From: Patellaria atrata CBS 101060 | Taxonomy: Eukaryota | Direction: 5' to 3' | Length of the DNA stretch: 64,000 nucleotides | Assembly: GCA_010093705.1 (NCBI GenBank) | Contig: MU006101.1 | Span: 409,614-473,613 of the forward strand | Shown here: positions 12,538-25,289 of the stretch, piece by piece | How the letters are laid out: the number at the start of each line of letters is the position of its first letter | Position numbering within the stretch: the first letter of the stretch is position 1 | The notes under the pieces: generated by a model | Seen by the model: the letters and a program-made list of their open reading frames with translations, nothing else | What the model was told of the DNA's origin: nothing | Database searches by the model: none | Translations under genes and position numbers: made by a program

Positions 12538-13203
12538 ATGCTCAAGGGCAAGATCGTGGGTTTCGGCCTCAGATTCCTATTCACTTTAGGGTCATCTGCC
12601 AACACTGATACCACAACCGGATCCACGGTTACCCATGAAGCCGTTCTAGCCTTCTTCAACATCCGCGTCTGGGAGTACATCTCTCACAGCTCAACCGTCC
12701 CATTCCACATCCACTAACACACTCCCAGCGACAACAAGCTCTACCCCGACCCCAACACCAACAACCCAACCCTCGGTTTCCTCGCCAAAACGGCACCTCC
12801 GCCGACATCGAGCTCTGGCGACATTTCTACCAGAACACCCTGCACGTCGAATTCAACGCCCACGAGAACGCAGACGGGACATACCACATCACCAACGGGA
12901 TGCGCCATCTCTGCTTGGCCGGCGGCAACACCGCACCCTACGGCCTCGACAAGTACCGCAACATCACGTTCCTGGCGGACCCCGAAGACGTGGGGTCGAC
13001 GGATATCGCTAAGGACTGGAGCATTCGTACTGATTACCTCGGCCGTCTTATCCTTGGGATTCCGGGGGAGCGATGATGGGTGCGGGAAATAAATGGGTTG
13101 CTCACTATGAGATTTATGTGTCGGATGATGGAATGGTTCATGATGGGATGACTTTTGCGCCCTGTGGTTGGTGTGATACGGAGGCGCTTTGTATGCAGTT
13201 TAA
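12538..13203 (+). pseudogene. Frameshifted small secreted-type orphan gene
   Basis: ATG 12538 with a hydrophobic N-terminus, an intron-like stretch ending ctaacacactcccag at ~12729, and a codon-biased segment QNGTSADIELWRHFYQNTLHVEFNAHENADGTYHITNGMRHLCLAGG...KDWSIRTDYLGRLILG. This segment needs frameshifts on both sides. Confidence 0.5.
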
Positions 13204-14202
13204 GTCTTTTTTTTTTTGAACTGTGAGGATCGGTGGTTCGTGATGACTGGGTGTTATCTAGATCTGTACTCTGGAACGGAAAGAGTTTTTGAGATTGTCC
13301 CGGCCCTGGGTTGAGGATTCTAGGAAAACTTTTAAGTCATCCATTTTATGTTCAGCTGCGGAATGAGCGATCTGAAGACGACTTTTGGGAATGTAAGATA
13401 TACATCCATAGGCTGGATAGGATGAAAAGAATCCTTGTAAACATATGTCTTTCCATATGAGATACGAGATTTCGGGAGAGATGACAGTTCCCTGTTGTAT
13501 TCCTCTCCTCCTGTACGCTCGCTTCTATCGTGATTGCGACTCGATGTACAGGAAAGTGAAAAACGCACGAATGATGCCCAACCGCATAAAGAGTTGACTA
13601 TACAGACAACCGAGGTGGTTCGAACTGCGGAATCAGTGATCTCCAAGCATTTGTTCGGATAAGTGTAAGGGGCTTGAGAAATGCTAACTGTGATAGGTAT
13701 CACGAAGACACCAAGGGCAATGGAGCAGAATATACATATTACGGAAGGGAACGAGGCTATACTAGTGAGTACAGTACAAGGTTTTAGTTATGGAATTTGC
13801 CTACCACATAGACGATATATATTTCTGGTACACCTCTTGACACGTGCTATCACCTGGTCATACTCGGCCACATGTTCCACTGTGTGCTTGGACTACCAAC
13901 ACTTTCTTCCGATAGAATATCCCTCTCTTTCTATACACTTGCTGGCCCAGTACTGTGGAGTTTTATCAATTGAAGCTCATCTAGAAAGAGCATAAGCCAA
14001 AGGCTTGGGTTCCGAAGAGAAGCGTATAGTAAGCCAGAAGTACCAGGGCAGGAAATTCCGCTTCAAAAAGCATCCACGCGCTTGCGAGGCTGTAGTAGTC
14101 ACTCCTCATCAACAGTGTGCACCGTTTGACTCAGAATCAACTGCGCTTGACTGTGGTGCACTGCTCACAATTTCCCCACGGCTAGGGAACGTGGTAGAAG
14201 AT

Positions 14203-16147
14203 TCACCTACTCAACTTCTGTTCTCGAACGAACCACGCACTAACAGCTGCTCCACATACAAGCGCCATCTGCAACGCAAAGGCTGAGCGTAAACCTCTAG
14301 CATAACAATCCGCTACGACCGCCTTAAGGCTTGGTTCTAAAGCTTTGAAATAATCCAAACTCTGTCTGACATTTTCTGCGATCTTACCGGCGTCAGCGTT
14401 ACCCCTTAATTGGCTCTTGAGTTGGGACCTGAGCACTTGGTTGGTAACAGTGGCGGATAGAGATACTCCTACGACACTTCCTAGCGACCGAAACAAATAC
14501 GAACATGCCGTGGCGATGGCTTGGTCTTCTCGAGAGGAATTGGCGACTAAGATATCGTTAGTACATCCGATAAATTCGCCATGAATTCCGAATACCTACT
14601 TAGACCAATGAGGGACGAAGTAACGCCAATGCCGTTCGAAAACCCACAAACTATCATTCCTACAATCATCGCTAGCGAAAAGCGGATTATAATGCCAGAA
14701 AAGAGAAAAATGAGAATAACGCCTAACGTCAAACCAGAGTATGCGGCGACGGTGAGCCAATAATACTTCCCAGTCTTTGCCATATAGAATCCTCCAAATA
14801 GAGATCCGGACACACCAGCAATGATACTGGGTATGAGCTGGATCCCTGCCTGCGTTGAGCCGATATCATCTGTTACTTGCCAGAACAGGGGAATGTAGAA
14901 GATAGCAGCGAGCCAACCTGCGAAGGAGAAGAAGTTACATAGATAGAGAGCAACTAGGGATCGCTCAAATATGATGTGGCCAGGGGTAAACGGCTCTGAA
15001 GCAACTTTCATTTCCACGAAAATGAAAAGGAGGAATAGCGGGAGCGAGATAGCTAGGGGTATATATGCTGCTTGCGCTTTCCATCCCAAGTTACTTCCCC
15101 GATCCAGGCCGAGTAGAAGAGAAAAGACAGCGCAAATAAGGATTAAAGCTCCTGGGAAATCAATTCGACGAAGCTTACTCTTCCAATGACTATCACTTTT
15201 CCTCGGCAGATGGAGCGTTAACCCTACGGCAACAAATGCCACAAGACACAAAGGTGCTTGAAACAAAAAGGCCCATCGCCATCCTATGGAATCGGACATA
15301 ATACCTCCCATAGGAGCTCCCACCCCGGATCCGGTGGCATAAATAATGTTGATGTAGCCTTGCCATTTACCACGATCTCGTAGGGATACCACATCTGAGA
15401 GAAGAATAGAGACAACGGTGGTCATCCCACCCCCACCAATGCCTGCAAATGCACGAGCAGCGATCAATTGCTTCATATCTTTAGCCACCCCGCAACCAAT
15501 ACAACCCAATCCAAAAATTGTATATGCAAACAGTAGGCAGGCTTTTCTTCCGAATATATCTGAAAGTTTACCGTAAAGTGGTTGGAAGCTCGTCAGTGTG
15601 AGGAGATATCTATAAATTCTCAGTCAGTACTCGAGACATTTCCTAGTTTGCTAAAATATCTTACGCTGTTGCAATCCATGATGTAGTACTTAAAGCGTTG
15701 AGCTCTGTACCAATTTTTCCATAGCTTGAAACGATGATAGTCTGATCCGCGGATGCGAGAAAAACCTAGTTGAACTGAGCACAGGTCATACCGTACAAGA
15801 TCCTTGTACGCAATACTGACACCAACACCCAGCGCTGGGAATATATACTTCATCTGCTTCTTGACTTCCGGCATCCCTTCATACTGCGCGATTCGCTCCG
15901 GGATACTCCGCTGGTCTTCCGCATCCTCGTGGGTAGCTCCGTCAATTGCAGCATCGTGGTAGTCTCCATGAGGGTACGGAGCTTCCGGAGCTATACCTGC
16001 TCCAGGTTCGACCGATTGCGCCTCGATAAACTCTGCCGCAGAGGTGGTGGGGAGGAGTGTTGCAGTGTGGTTATTGCTCTCAGCAAGGAGAGGCGATGTT
16101 TCTGAGGGAGGGCTAGTAGAGCTCGCGTGTGCAGATACAACGGGCAT
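14203..16147 (-). CDS. MFS transporter, DHA2/Vba-Fnx type (14-TM drug or basic amino acid transporter), 4 exons
   Basis: FLASADQTIIVSSYGKIG, YLLTLTSFQPLYGKLSDIFGRK, RAFAGIGGGG, RDRGKWQG and IGWRWAF. Introns at 15766-15820, 15610-15664 and 14547-14599. Confidence 0.93.
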
Positions 16148-16650
16148 AGCGACTCGAATTAAGACTTCAGCGAATATCTAAGGGGAAAATTGGGTGAAGA
16201 ATTGACGTTCTTCACCGCAAGGATTCAGATATAAAACTCATGAAAGGTGTTGGTGTATGCAGACGAATGACAAGGGCAGCGTTAGAACCCAATGCGACAA
16301 TAACGGAAGCTCGGGCCAAGTCGGAGTGGAACCGGAATGAGTGGGCAAGGAACTCCGTATATTCCTCCAAAATCAATAAAAATATACGTCATTTTGCTAC
16401 GGAATCTAGGATCTCATTATAACAAATATGTAGAATACTTCTTGGAGAATGAAGTTGCTATGTGTATGTCTGTATTTACAGTAAACACGAGCTCTACAGT
16501 CTAACAAGCCACCAGAATGGACGGAATACGGTAATAACGATGCTTTCCACACTACGAGAGTATAGTGGAGCACAGGAGAAAGAGAAGGACGAGAAAGTGA
16601 AGACGAACAATAATGATAACGATAATACCGACACCATGCAGCTATCCCGC

Positions 16651-17547
16651 TCACACTAATTCTGTCACACTAGACAGTCCATAATCAGCATGATACAGCA
16701 GCCCACGATGGCCTGAACGCTGAATAAGCACACGAGAGCATTGCGATCCCAAATCCGGGAGGACTATACCACCTGACGTCAGTTGTTGCCGAAAGCATGG
16801 GACCAGGGTATCTAGGGGGGATGAGATAAATACCTGTGGCCACACTAAATGGTCCAGATGCTTCATCGCTTCCGTGATACCCTCATAAAATCTGCGCTGC
16901 TGATCCGCTTGCTGCGCTCCTTCGTTCGGCCGGTCCTTGTTGTACTTGAATGTGAAAGATTCTTTTGGTGGAAAGACTCCAGTCGTCTTATACCTATACA
17001 GCTCTCTCAATGTGCCATACACGTCCGGCCGCAGCATAGGATCATAGATGAAGTAGAACGCTACGAAGAAGCAGAGGCAGATCAGGACGTAGAACGCCAA
17101 GAGCATCTTCCAGAATCTGCTTGCATCTCCAACTGAAGAGTCCGGAGGGGTTCTATCATCTGGCGCTTTTATAGCGTCACCGGTCGTTGCGAAGTTGTCT
17201 TCGAACCGCGGGAAGAATTGAGGAGAGCCGTTCCTGTCAACGGGGAGACGCGAGGTGAAGAATCTGAAGAACAGAGGGGTGAAGCTGCGGGCGGGGTCTC
17301 CGGTGGAAGGAAAATAGGATGGTGGAGGAGTGGGTAGACGGGTGGTGGTTGAGGAGTTCGGAGGGTTGGAGTAACTGGGAGGGCTTAAAGTGGCAGGAGT
17401 AATAGTGGCATCGTCGAGGTCGACGGAAGAGAATGTTGCGGTGGAGCGAGTGACCATGTTGTTTATTGTGATGATGTTTGAAATTTGCTGTGGTGGTAAG
17501 ATGGGATTGAAAATGGGAGGGAGTGAACTATTGGTGAGAAAGGGCAT
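16651..17547 (-). CDS. Hypothetical single-pass membrane protein (P/S/T-rich N-terminus, PPSY motif)
   Basis: 298-aa ORF with one hydrophobic segment (MLLAFYVLICLCFFVAFYFIY). The 3' end may be spliced; there is a possible donor after WPQ. Confidence 0.5.
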   Translation of the reverse strand: MPFLTNSSLPPIFNPILPPQQISNIITINNMVTRSTATFSSVDLDDATITPATLSPPSYSNPPNSSTTTRLPTPPPSYFPSTGDPARSFTPLFFRFFTSRLPVDRNGSPQFFPRFEDNFATTGDAIKAPDDRTPPDSSVGDASRFWKMLLAFYVLICLCFFVAFYFIYDPMLRPDVYGTLRELYRYKTTGVFPPKESFTFKYNKDRPNEGAQQADQQRRFYEGITEAMKHLDHLVWPQVFISSPLDTLVPCFRQQLTSGGIVLPDLGSQCSRVLIQRSGHRGLLYHADYGLSSVTELV

Positions 17548-18213
17548 GATATATGCGAGCTTTAAGTGGGTTGTACCTTCTTTTGGTGGTATGAAAGTGT
17601 ACCTTGTTTACCTTTCGGAAGAAAGAGCTAAAGGGATGAGATGTTTTATCAGGAAAGCCTGATGGATTTCTCCTTCGCACTTGCCTATGAAACGAGAGCA
17701 ATGTCGCCTGTTGGTTAAGGAGAAATGAACTGGGATTTCAATTCTCACCGGCCATGGAGCAGTGCGTGCATCATTACTCCGTTGTATCAAAACCGGTTCA
17801 CAATCGGAAGTGCAGATGCTACCGCCGACTCAAGGAAGGAACAAAACAATATTCAAAAAGTCAAACACCACTTACCATGCTCCATACCTGACCCTCGTCC
17901 ATGGCGTGAACAAGTTCACTCATCGTCTACTGATTGGAGATGGGGAACTGGGTGTTAGTTTTACAGTGTTTCCAGTTGCAGTGATTAATACACGGGGGCT
18001 CATGTGTACGCGGGAAGCGGGTATTCGAATACTTAAGGGTATGAGGGCGCTTCCTTGGGGATGTCGAGACACAAAGTCTTCTGCAGGAGAAAAGTTCTAT
18101 CAAATCTGATTGTCAGTGTAGGCAGAGAATACTCGGATATTTCAGGACAAAGTAGGTCTACTGTCGTCTAAATAGGCGTAAAAAACTGATTTTCACTGGT
18201 GCAGAAAAACATT

Positions 18214-18807
18214 ATGAGTAGAGAAACTATAAAACAGAAGGAGTATCCGCTGGAAATATTTAAGAGCGGGCAAGAATTCGTTGAATGGCTTGATTCGATC
18301 AATGATCCTGGCCATCAGGAATGGCTGACTTTGGACTGTTACATAATCCTTATCTACCATGAAAACGATTCCGGTTAGGTCCATCTCAGAAAGAGTCGTC
18401 GATTTTCCAAACATAGGAATACGATAGGGTTGTTTACAGATGTGGAAACAAGAGACAAAGACTATGCAATAACGACGCTGGCACCACACTCTAACAAATC
18501 GTGGCTAAATGGTTCGTTCGAGGAAATAATCACACGCAGAAGGGGAATCTTAAAGCCTCCACTAAAGGAATAGAGGATATACGAATGTGGATCAGGCCCG
18601 GGTGCGAAAAGGACGAGTTTAAGGATTGGTTGCGGAATACGTAGAAAACACTCCTCGAAAAAAGATATGGCCCAGGACAAGACTCTACGATTACTTTTAC
18701 TGTTGAGCCTGAGGTAAACCGCATCTGTAGGATTAAGGACGACATCGAAATAACTGCAATAGGAGGATGCTACGACAGTGCAATGATGGTCATCACTTCG
18801 GCCTAGA
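18214..18807 (+). pseudogene. Decayed orphan ORF
   Basis: MSRETIKQKEYPLEIFKSGQEFVEWLDSINDPGHQEWLTLDCYIILIYHENDSG*VHLRK..., then a frameshift to ...IRMWIRPGCEKDEFKDWLRNT*KTLLEKRYG.... Long protein-like stretches broken by a few stops. Confidence 0.4.
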
Positions 18808-20424
18808 CTCTATACCACGGTGTGGTACAGAGGTTTCTTAGATTTTGTTGTAGGGGAAGGAAAGGAATGTGTTCGGATTGAAAAATACTTACTGGATGGT
18901 TTTGTCGGACGAATGCCCGGGTCCAATGTCTTAGTTAACACATAGAACTAATATATCCAAATATCGGAAGCTTGCACCGTCATTTGGATGGTGCGGAGTA
19001 TTGTTCTGAATGGTTGTACTGACTATCAATGGAGCATATGAGTTTCGAGTATATACTTCAATACAGGACCATCGTTGAGTGAAGATGTAGTGTAAGTCCT
19101 TAGATGAACAAGCATGGTCGTAGTATGTTTAAGGGCTTAGTGTGGATTGTTATCTGTTGAGGTATCTCTGATATCGTGTTACGATTTCCCCAGCTCCTGA
19201 ATCTGGAAGTTGAGATCTGTTCTAGAACTATTTTGGGCAAGGCTGGACCAGGTGATGAAGCGAAGGGGGCTGAAAAGCTTGCTCAAACGACAACTTAATA
19301 CCATCACCGCAATAGCAGTGCCTGAGGGTAAGGTAATGACTCGAACACAGTAGAATGAAACTTAAACACTAGGTATTGTCAAGTCCTGCGATGTGACTCC
19401 GGTCCCGCTTTGTTCTTCTGCTGATTTCAATGCCACGACTCTAAACCGATGACTCGTGGACTAGATTTTTCACTAGCATCAGTAGGCTTGCTACCTGCTT
19501 TCTTTACCTCATCTTCTGGCCTTCGCCCTCCCTTTAAGTTTAAATAATCCTCTCTCTTGAGATACCCTTGAAGCAGTATCATACTGAGAGACATGACGCA
19601 TGCAAGCATGGTCTTCAACGACAAAGTCCTCACCAGCTTGCCGAATTCTTTTCACTTACTATACGGTCAACGAAGGTCCGATCATCCAGAACAGGTATTG
19701 ACTGAAGAGTTTCGGCTCCAACTGATAAGTCCAAAGAACGCTGCTCTTTACCTTCATCATGATCCGAAGTGTTATATCTGTCCCTTCATTTTCTGGCATC
19801 AACGAGGTCTTGTCCGATCTCTTGAGCTCCGGGTTTGCACGTCGTTTTTTCTTTTGACTGGTCTTCTGACGCTTATGAGTATTCCATAGGACTCGTCTTT
19901 TGCCGCTGGGAAGCTGCTTCAACCGTGACTGCCGCCTAAAGAGTCAACGGAATGTTAGTTTCGAACCACTACCGAGCAATATGCTGGCATACGAAACCTG
20001 CTTGTCATTCTAGAGATTGCGAACCTACGATTATCAATTGCGACACCGTTACGATTTTGTTGTTCAGTAGCTTTTGAGATGTGCTGTTTGGTCGCGGCGC
20101 CCGTTTGTTGACACGTGCCTCATATTAGCATATTCGCCCGCTTTATCAATGGGGAAGCTTACAGCTATTTCAAACATTCATAAGGTTTAATAGGTTATCA
20201 TGCTAATACATGTTACAAGATCTGGAATATGGGGTAAGAATGTTAGAATATGTGAGTTGAGGCTTATTGCGCTTTGTCTCATGCTCCGGAATACATTCAC
20301 CCACAGCTGTGCGGAAAACTCTATCAAGGAAAGTGCGATGCACTTTTTATACGATGAATTAATGATTGCCAAGCCCCTGAAACCTCCCATGTATTCATGG
20401 TTAGATGGCGGGATTTGTCCTTAA

Positions 20425-21060
20425 GAGAACATGTTAGCTTAGCTTAAGCCTCCGCCTATGACCGCTGTCCCGCAAGTTCGAATCCCATCATCGAAACGTT
20501 AGTATGTGGTGACTCCTCATAAACTGGCTACCTCCTGCGAGAACTTTCGGCTCCAGCCCAAGGATCCACCTAGGAGGAGATGGGTATACAGCGAGGTTTC
20601 ATTTTTTTTTTTGGGGGGTTTTTTCCTATTTTTACTTACTTGTAAGTTCACGTTAAGGGTGTATGTGTCTCATGAAGGCCAAGTTCTTAATTTATGCCTT
20701 CATCACCCACCCCAATAGTCATAAGCATATTTCTCGATTTACAAGATTGCGATGCGACGTAAAATAAGATTCGTACCTCGCTAGGTTCGAGCACGACGAC
20801 ATAAAACTTCACCACCATGTCAAAATTGGAAAGGATACTGGAGGGAAATGTTTTGGAGACTGCAGGTTTATCCAAACCCCAAGACATCTGATTCTGTCAG
20901 ACGTAAGGGTGCTGAAAATGATCAAGATAATCGCTCGATTGTTTAATGACTGTTCTAAAGAGCGTTTAAATACATTAGAACATGCAGGTTACAGCGTTTA
21001 TACCTACTAGGCAACTGAGAACATGCAGGCAACAGCGTTGATACCTACTAGGCAGCTGTG
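20425..21060 (+). mobile_element. Putative SINE-like composite: tRNA-like Pol III head plus LINE-3'-end-derived tail
   Basis: A-box-like TAGCTTAGCTTA at 20435-20446 and B-box AGTTCGAATCC at 20475-20485. 20825-20896 encodes IGKDTGGKCFGDCRFIQTPRHLIL, matching IGKDEEGKCFGDCQSLQTPTHLIL at 23388-23459 of the adjacent LINE. Confidence 0.5.
20978..21059. repeat. Two-copy ~41-bp tandem repeat
   Basis: gaacatgcaggttacagcgtttatacctactaggcaactga / gaacatgcaggcaacagcgttgatacctactaggcagctgt. Confidence 0.9.
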
Positions 21061-21149
21061 TTAAAGGAATGATGCTAATAACTAGCGTAAGGCAGTAGGA
21101 GATATACTTGATTATCCTTTCCACCAAGATCTTCAGTCTAACAAGGGGA

Positions 21150-23923
21150 CCCATACTTCAACACCAATAACCTCAGACATTTTCAATAGGCTATATAAGC
21201 TTCTATTTCAAGTTGGCTATCATCCCAGGATATGGAGGGAGGCGGTAGGAGTTGTGTTACCAAAGCCTAATACAGAAGACTACTCCATACTAAAGTTATA
21301 GGATTATTTCCTTACTCAACTGTTTAGGCAAGACTTTGGAAAAGATCATGGTAACAAGACTAGGATATCTAGCAAACACCACACACCTACTTTAGCACTC
21401 ACAGATGGGAGGAAGGCAGCAGCGCTCTACTATTGATGCAACGCTCTTACTACTAGAGTATATCCAAAGACAGAAGGCTGGCAAGTCAGGAAATAAGAAG
21501 GAGGTTACCTCAACATTACTATTAGATGTGAAAGGAGCTTTTGATTATATATCAAAGAATCAACTACTGTCCACCTGCAAGCAACTAGGACTCCCATATA
21601 GTCTCTACCAATGGATCTCATGCTTCTTAACTAATAGAAAGATGTAGCTAATATTTAATGGAGAAAGGCAAGAAATGCGCAGCATAAATGTTGGCATACC
21701 CTAAGGCTCACCAATCTCACCAATTCTCTTCTTAATCTACATTAGGAAGATCTGTAAGGATAGGAAATGGATCAATTTACTAACCTATATTGATGACTTT
21801 TCACTTATAGCAGTCTCAACATCTGCAAAGAAAAACTGCAAGCTGCTTGAACAGGCTGCCCAAGACCTAATCTTAATAGCCAAAGAACATGGTATACAAT
21901 TTGACATTGCAAAAACGGAACTCATCCACTTTCATAACAAGAGGACACCAATCCAGGACTCAATCTACCTCTTCAACCAAGTGGTCCAGCCAAAGCTAAT
22001 GGTTAGATGGCTTGGGATGTTCCTAGACTCAAAACTCACCTTCAAACAGCATGTAGAAGGAAAGATTAAGAGTGTAGAAAATGCAATATACAGGATCCAA
22101 AGGCTAGGAAACACACAGAGAGGTCTATCAATGCAAGCGGTGCGTAAGCTGTATATTGCATGCGTCAACTCAATAGCAGACTATGGAGTACCAGTGTGGT
22201 GGAACCCTAATCACAAGAACAGTCAGCAAGTTAGCAGATATCAAACCCTATAGAACAAGGCACTGAGAATGATTTTGGGTGCCTTTAAGACTTCTCCAAG
22301 CATGGCCATGGAGATTGAAGCAGGCTTACCTCCTCCAATCGTTAGATTCGAGAAGTTGTGCAACTCGTATGCTTTTAGAACTCTAAAGTTCCATAAGGAC
22401 CATCTAGTTAAGAGAGTTCTCGTGGAAGAGCTTAGAAGAGATGACTTAGATGCAACCCAAGACACCAACTTAGAAGCAGGCAATACCTCAATCAGTTGCA
22501 TTGCTAGACCAAACACGCAGCTCCTCTCCCTGTTGCAGAGAACCCAGGGCTTTGTGACCAACTGGAAGATGGAAAAGATTTCGGTATACAATACTCAACC
22601 TTGGAGGGCAAAACCAAATACGTTATTCATCATCTCCAGTGAGGATAAAGAAAAGGCATCAAAGGAACATGAAAAGCTAGTCAGAGACTTGGAAGGAGTT
22701 ATAAGGGATGGTCTAGTTAGTGTCTATTATACCGATGGATCTAAGGAAGGGAATAGAAATGCTGCAGGGGTATACCAGATAGGAAACAATCAGCGCATCC
22801 TGTTTGCCAGCAACTGGAACCTAGGAGACAGTGTTGAGATCATGGATGCAGAACTGTTTGCCATCCTTAAAGCACTTGAAAGAGAAAAGACCCAATGTGA
22901 GAAAGGACAATCCATTGCCAGAAAGCTGTGGGTATTTATGGACAGCCAAGCAGCACTTAAGAGGCTATAAAAGAATAGCCTTGATGGAGGACAAGAATTA
23001 AGTGTGCTAATAACTGACTTATGCAATACTCTTACCAATGAACAGGGCATGAAGATCACGTTTTGCTGGGTTCCTGGACACAAGAACATCTTTGGGAATG
23101 ATGTAGCAGATAAACTGGCTAAGAAAGGACTGGAACGCAAGCCTATAGGCACTTCATTCACTTCACTCAATCATATCAAACGAAAATGCAAAGAGAAGAT
23201 TCTATCTGATTGGAAAAAGAATTGGGAGTCTAATAGAAAGAAACAAGGGAAACATTATATGCGCATCTGTAGAGACCGGGTGCATTTCTCACTTAATATA
23301 CCTAAGTCCAATTTACAGAAAAAGATCCAAGCGGCCTACATCCAACTTAAGACTGGTATTGGATTCTTTAAGTCTTACTCTAAAGTGATTGGAAAAGATG
23401 AGGAAGGGAAGTGCTTTGGAGACTGCCAATCACTTCAAACACCAACACACCTTATCTTACATTGCTCTAACTACTCTAGAGATCGTAAAGAAATGAGAAA
23501 ACTACTCAGATCAGATCTAACAATGACAAAGCTTTTTTGCACAAAGTTAGGTAAACAAGTGTTACTAAAATATATAGAAAGAACTCAAATCTCTACTGCT
23601 AGATGGCTAATGCATGCAGGAGACGTAAATAGAGTAGAAGAGTAGATTCTACAAAAGATAACTAGATGTATGGCATAGAACTAGAAACCAAGAACCGATG
23701 GCAATGAGAAAGAATAGATGCTTCTACAATTTCCTTCAGATGAATTTTAGAGGTCTTAGCTTTCCTTTGTAAATAATATCAGTGGACTAAGCCACTAGAG
23801 ACTTCACTAAGCATATGAGGGCCCTGAAAAGGGATTTATGTATATAGGAAGTTGCGCCATAGCTTAAAGGCTGCATGCGCAGTATTGTCGGTAATGCAAT
23901 ACAATGGAATTAAAAAAAAAAAA
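21150..23923 (+). mobile_element. 5'-truncated non-LTR retrotransposon (Tad1-like LINE: RT, RNase H, C-terminal Cys/His knuckle, poly-A), RIP-damaged
   Basis: GYHPRIWREAVGVVLPKP, QMGGRQQRSTID, LLDVKGAFD, GIP*GSPISPILF, YIDD (21786-21797) and WLGMFLDSKLTFKQH. RNase H motifs YYTDGS, AELFAI, MDSQAAL and WVPGH..IFGNDVAD, then CFGDC...HLILHC. Five in-frame stops, one frameshift near 21290, and an A12 tail at 23912-23923. Confidence 0.95.
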
Positions 23924-25289
23924 GTACAAATCGACGGCAGCATACGAAGTGAAAGAGGAGCACCAAGATTCTCATTCGACCCATGCTGTACCAATTGATC
24001 ATCAATCGAGCTATACCTCGCTTGATTCGTCTACTGGCACCGAGAAAATAGATAAGAACCACCCAAACCTCAATTCCTACGAAGACCGTTTTGAAGCCAA
24101 ACCTAAAACTATCATTGCAAACTCATCCCCAGCAGAACCGGTTCCCAACTTAAGTACAACCAAGGTATCATCTGCCAGTGCACTAAATCCAACGGTTCAC
24201 GCACCACCCTCTCCCCGTACAACGCCTGAAGTCGGCTATGGGGAATTTACTCCAGCTAAGATCAACCCAGCGTAAAATCCGTTCATTCTGGAATGAAACG
24301 GAAGGCGGATGCAGATGATAGTCCTACGCAAGATGCATCACCGCAGCCGCAGAAGAGGGGGTGCTCATGAACTTGGCAAGTTCATGGTAGTTATCCGACC
24401 AAACACATTTTTCACACAATTCCTAAACTATCATGCGGAACCATGATCATGATGTGCTTTCGAGAACTCGCCTTTACGTTTAGTATCAGTTTACCTGGAG
24501 GGGAATATGTTTATCTCTCCGTATCGCCGATCCATTCGTAGGTCAAAGCTCGAAGAAACGTTTTCAGGGTTCGTAATCTCATTATCTTTCCCTGGTTTAT
24601 TTTTTTTCTCTCCCATTCAGTATGGTGATATCTAGATTGAACTACTCAGGTGTCGGGAAAGTGGAGTATTCCGTTATTTAAGGTCTTGAAGGTAAAATGG
24701 TGAGGCGTTCAGGACAATTTTTCCTAGAGAGGAGCAAGCTAGGCTTCTATAAGAGATGGCATGGTATCAGAGATGACGCATTTTGCCGCGCTTCATATTC
24801 ACCATGACTTTTCGTTCTCTAGTGGTCAAGCGTTGGCCGTACTTGGTCGTATTCTCGACCTTGACCTAGCTTCGAATATTAATGAATGACCCATATTAAG
24901 ACACCCAATCTCTCAACTGTTCCTGTCGTCCTTCAGATTCTTAAACCATTACCGCTGTCTACATTCTTTCTCGGATTTGTGATTCCAGTACTTGCCCATG
25001 GACGTTCAAGGCTCCGAACTTAAGCACCCGCACCCCATGGCTCACTTGTGCGATAGTCCTTATCAACGTTTTATCGTGGCTCTTTCTCTAGGGAGAAGAT
25101 CATCTTCGATAAGGGCACAGTGGAAGGGGGGAGTTGAGAAACATCAATCAACCGGGTCATGAATCGGTAATTACTTGCTCCTTCAAAACTATATCACTGT
25201 GATTTCAACGATCCAGTTCCAGAGAATATCATACCATGAATAGAACTTCGCAAATCCTCATAATATCATATCATTGCTTTTTGTTGGTA

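Noticed and set aside
9363..16147. Secondary-metabolite cluster (BVMO plus MFS)
   Set aside because: No PKS, NRPS or terpene backbone gene in the window, and the neighbours are housekeeping genes.
20425..20497. Functional tRNA gene
   Set aside because: A/B boxes are present, but I could not fold convincing acceptor, anticodon or T stems.
23904..23923. ORF start MELKKKK
   Set aside because: The ATG and Lys run come from the LINE 3' UTR and poly-A tail.
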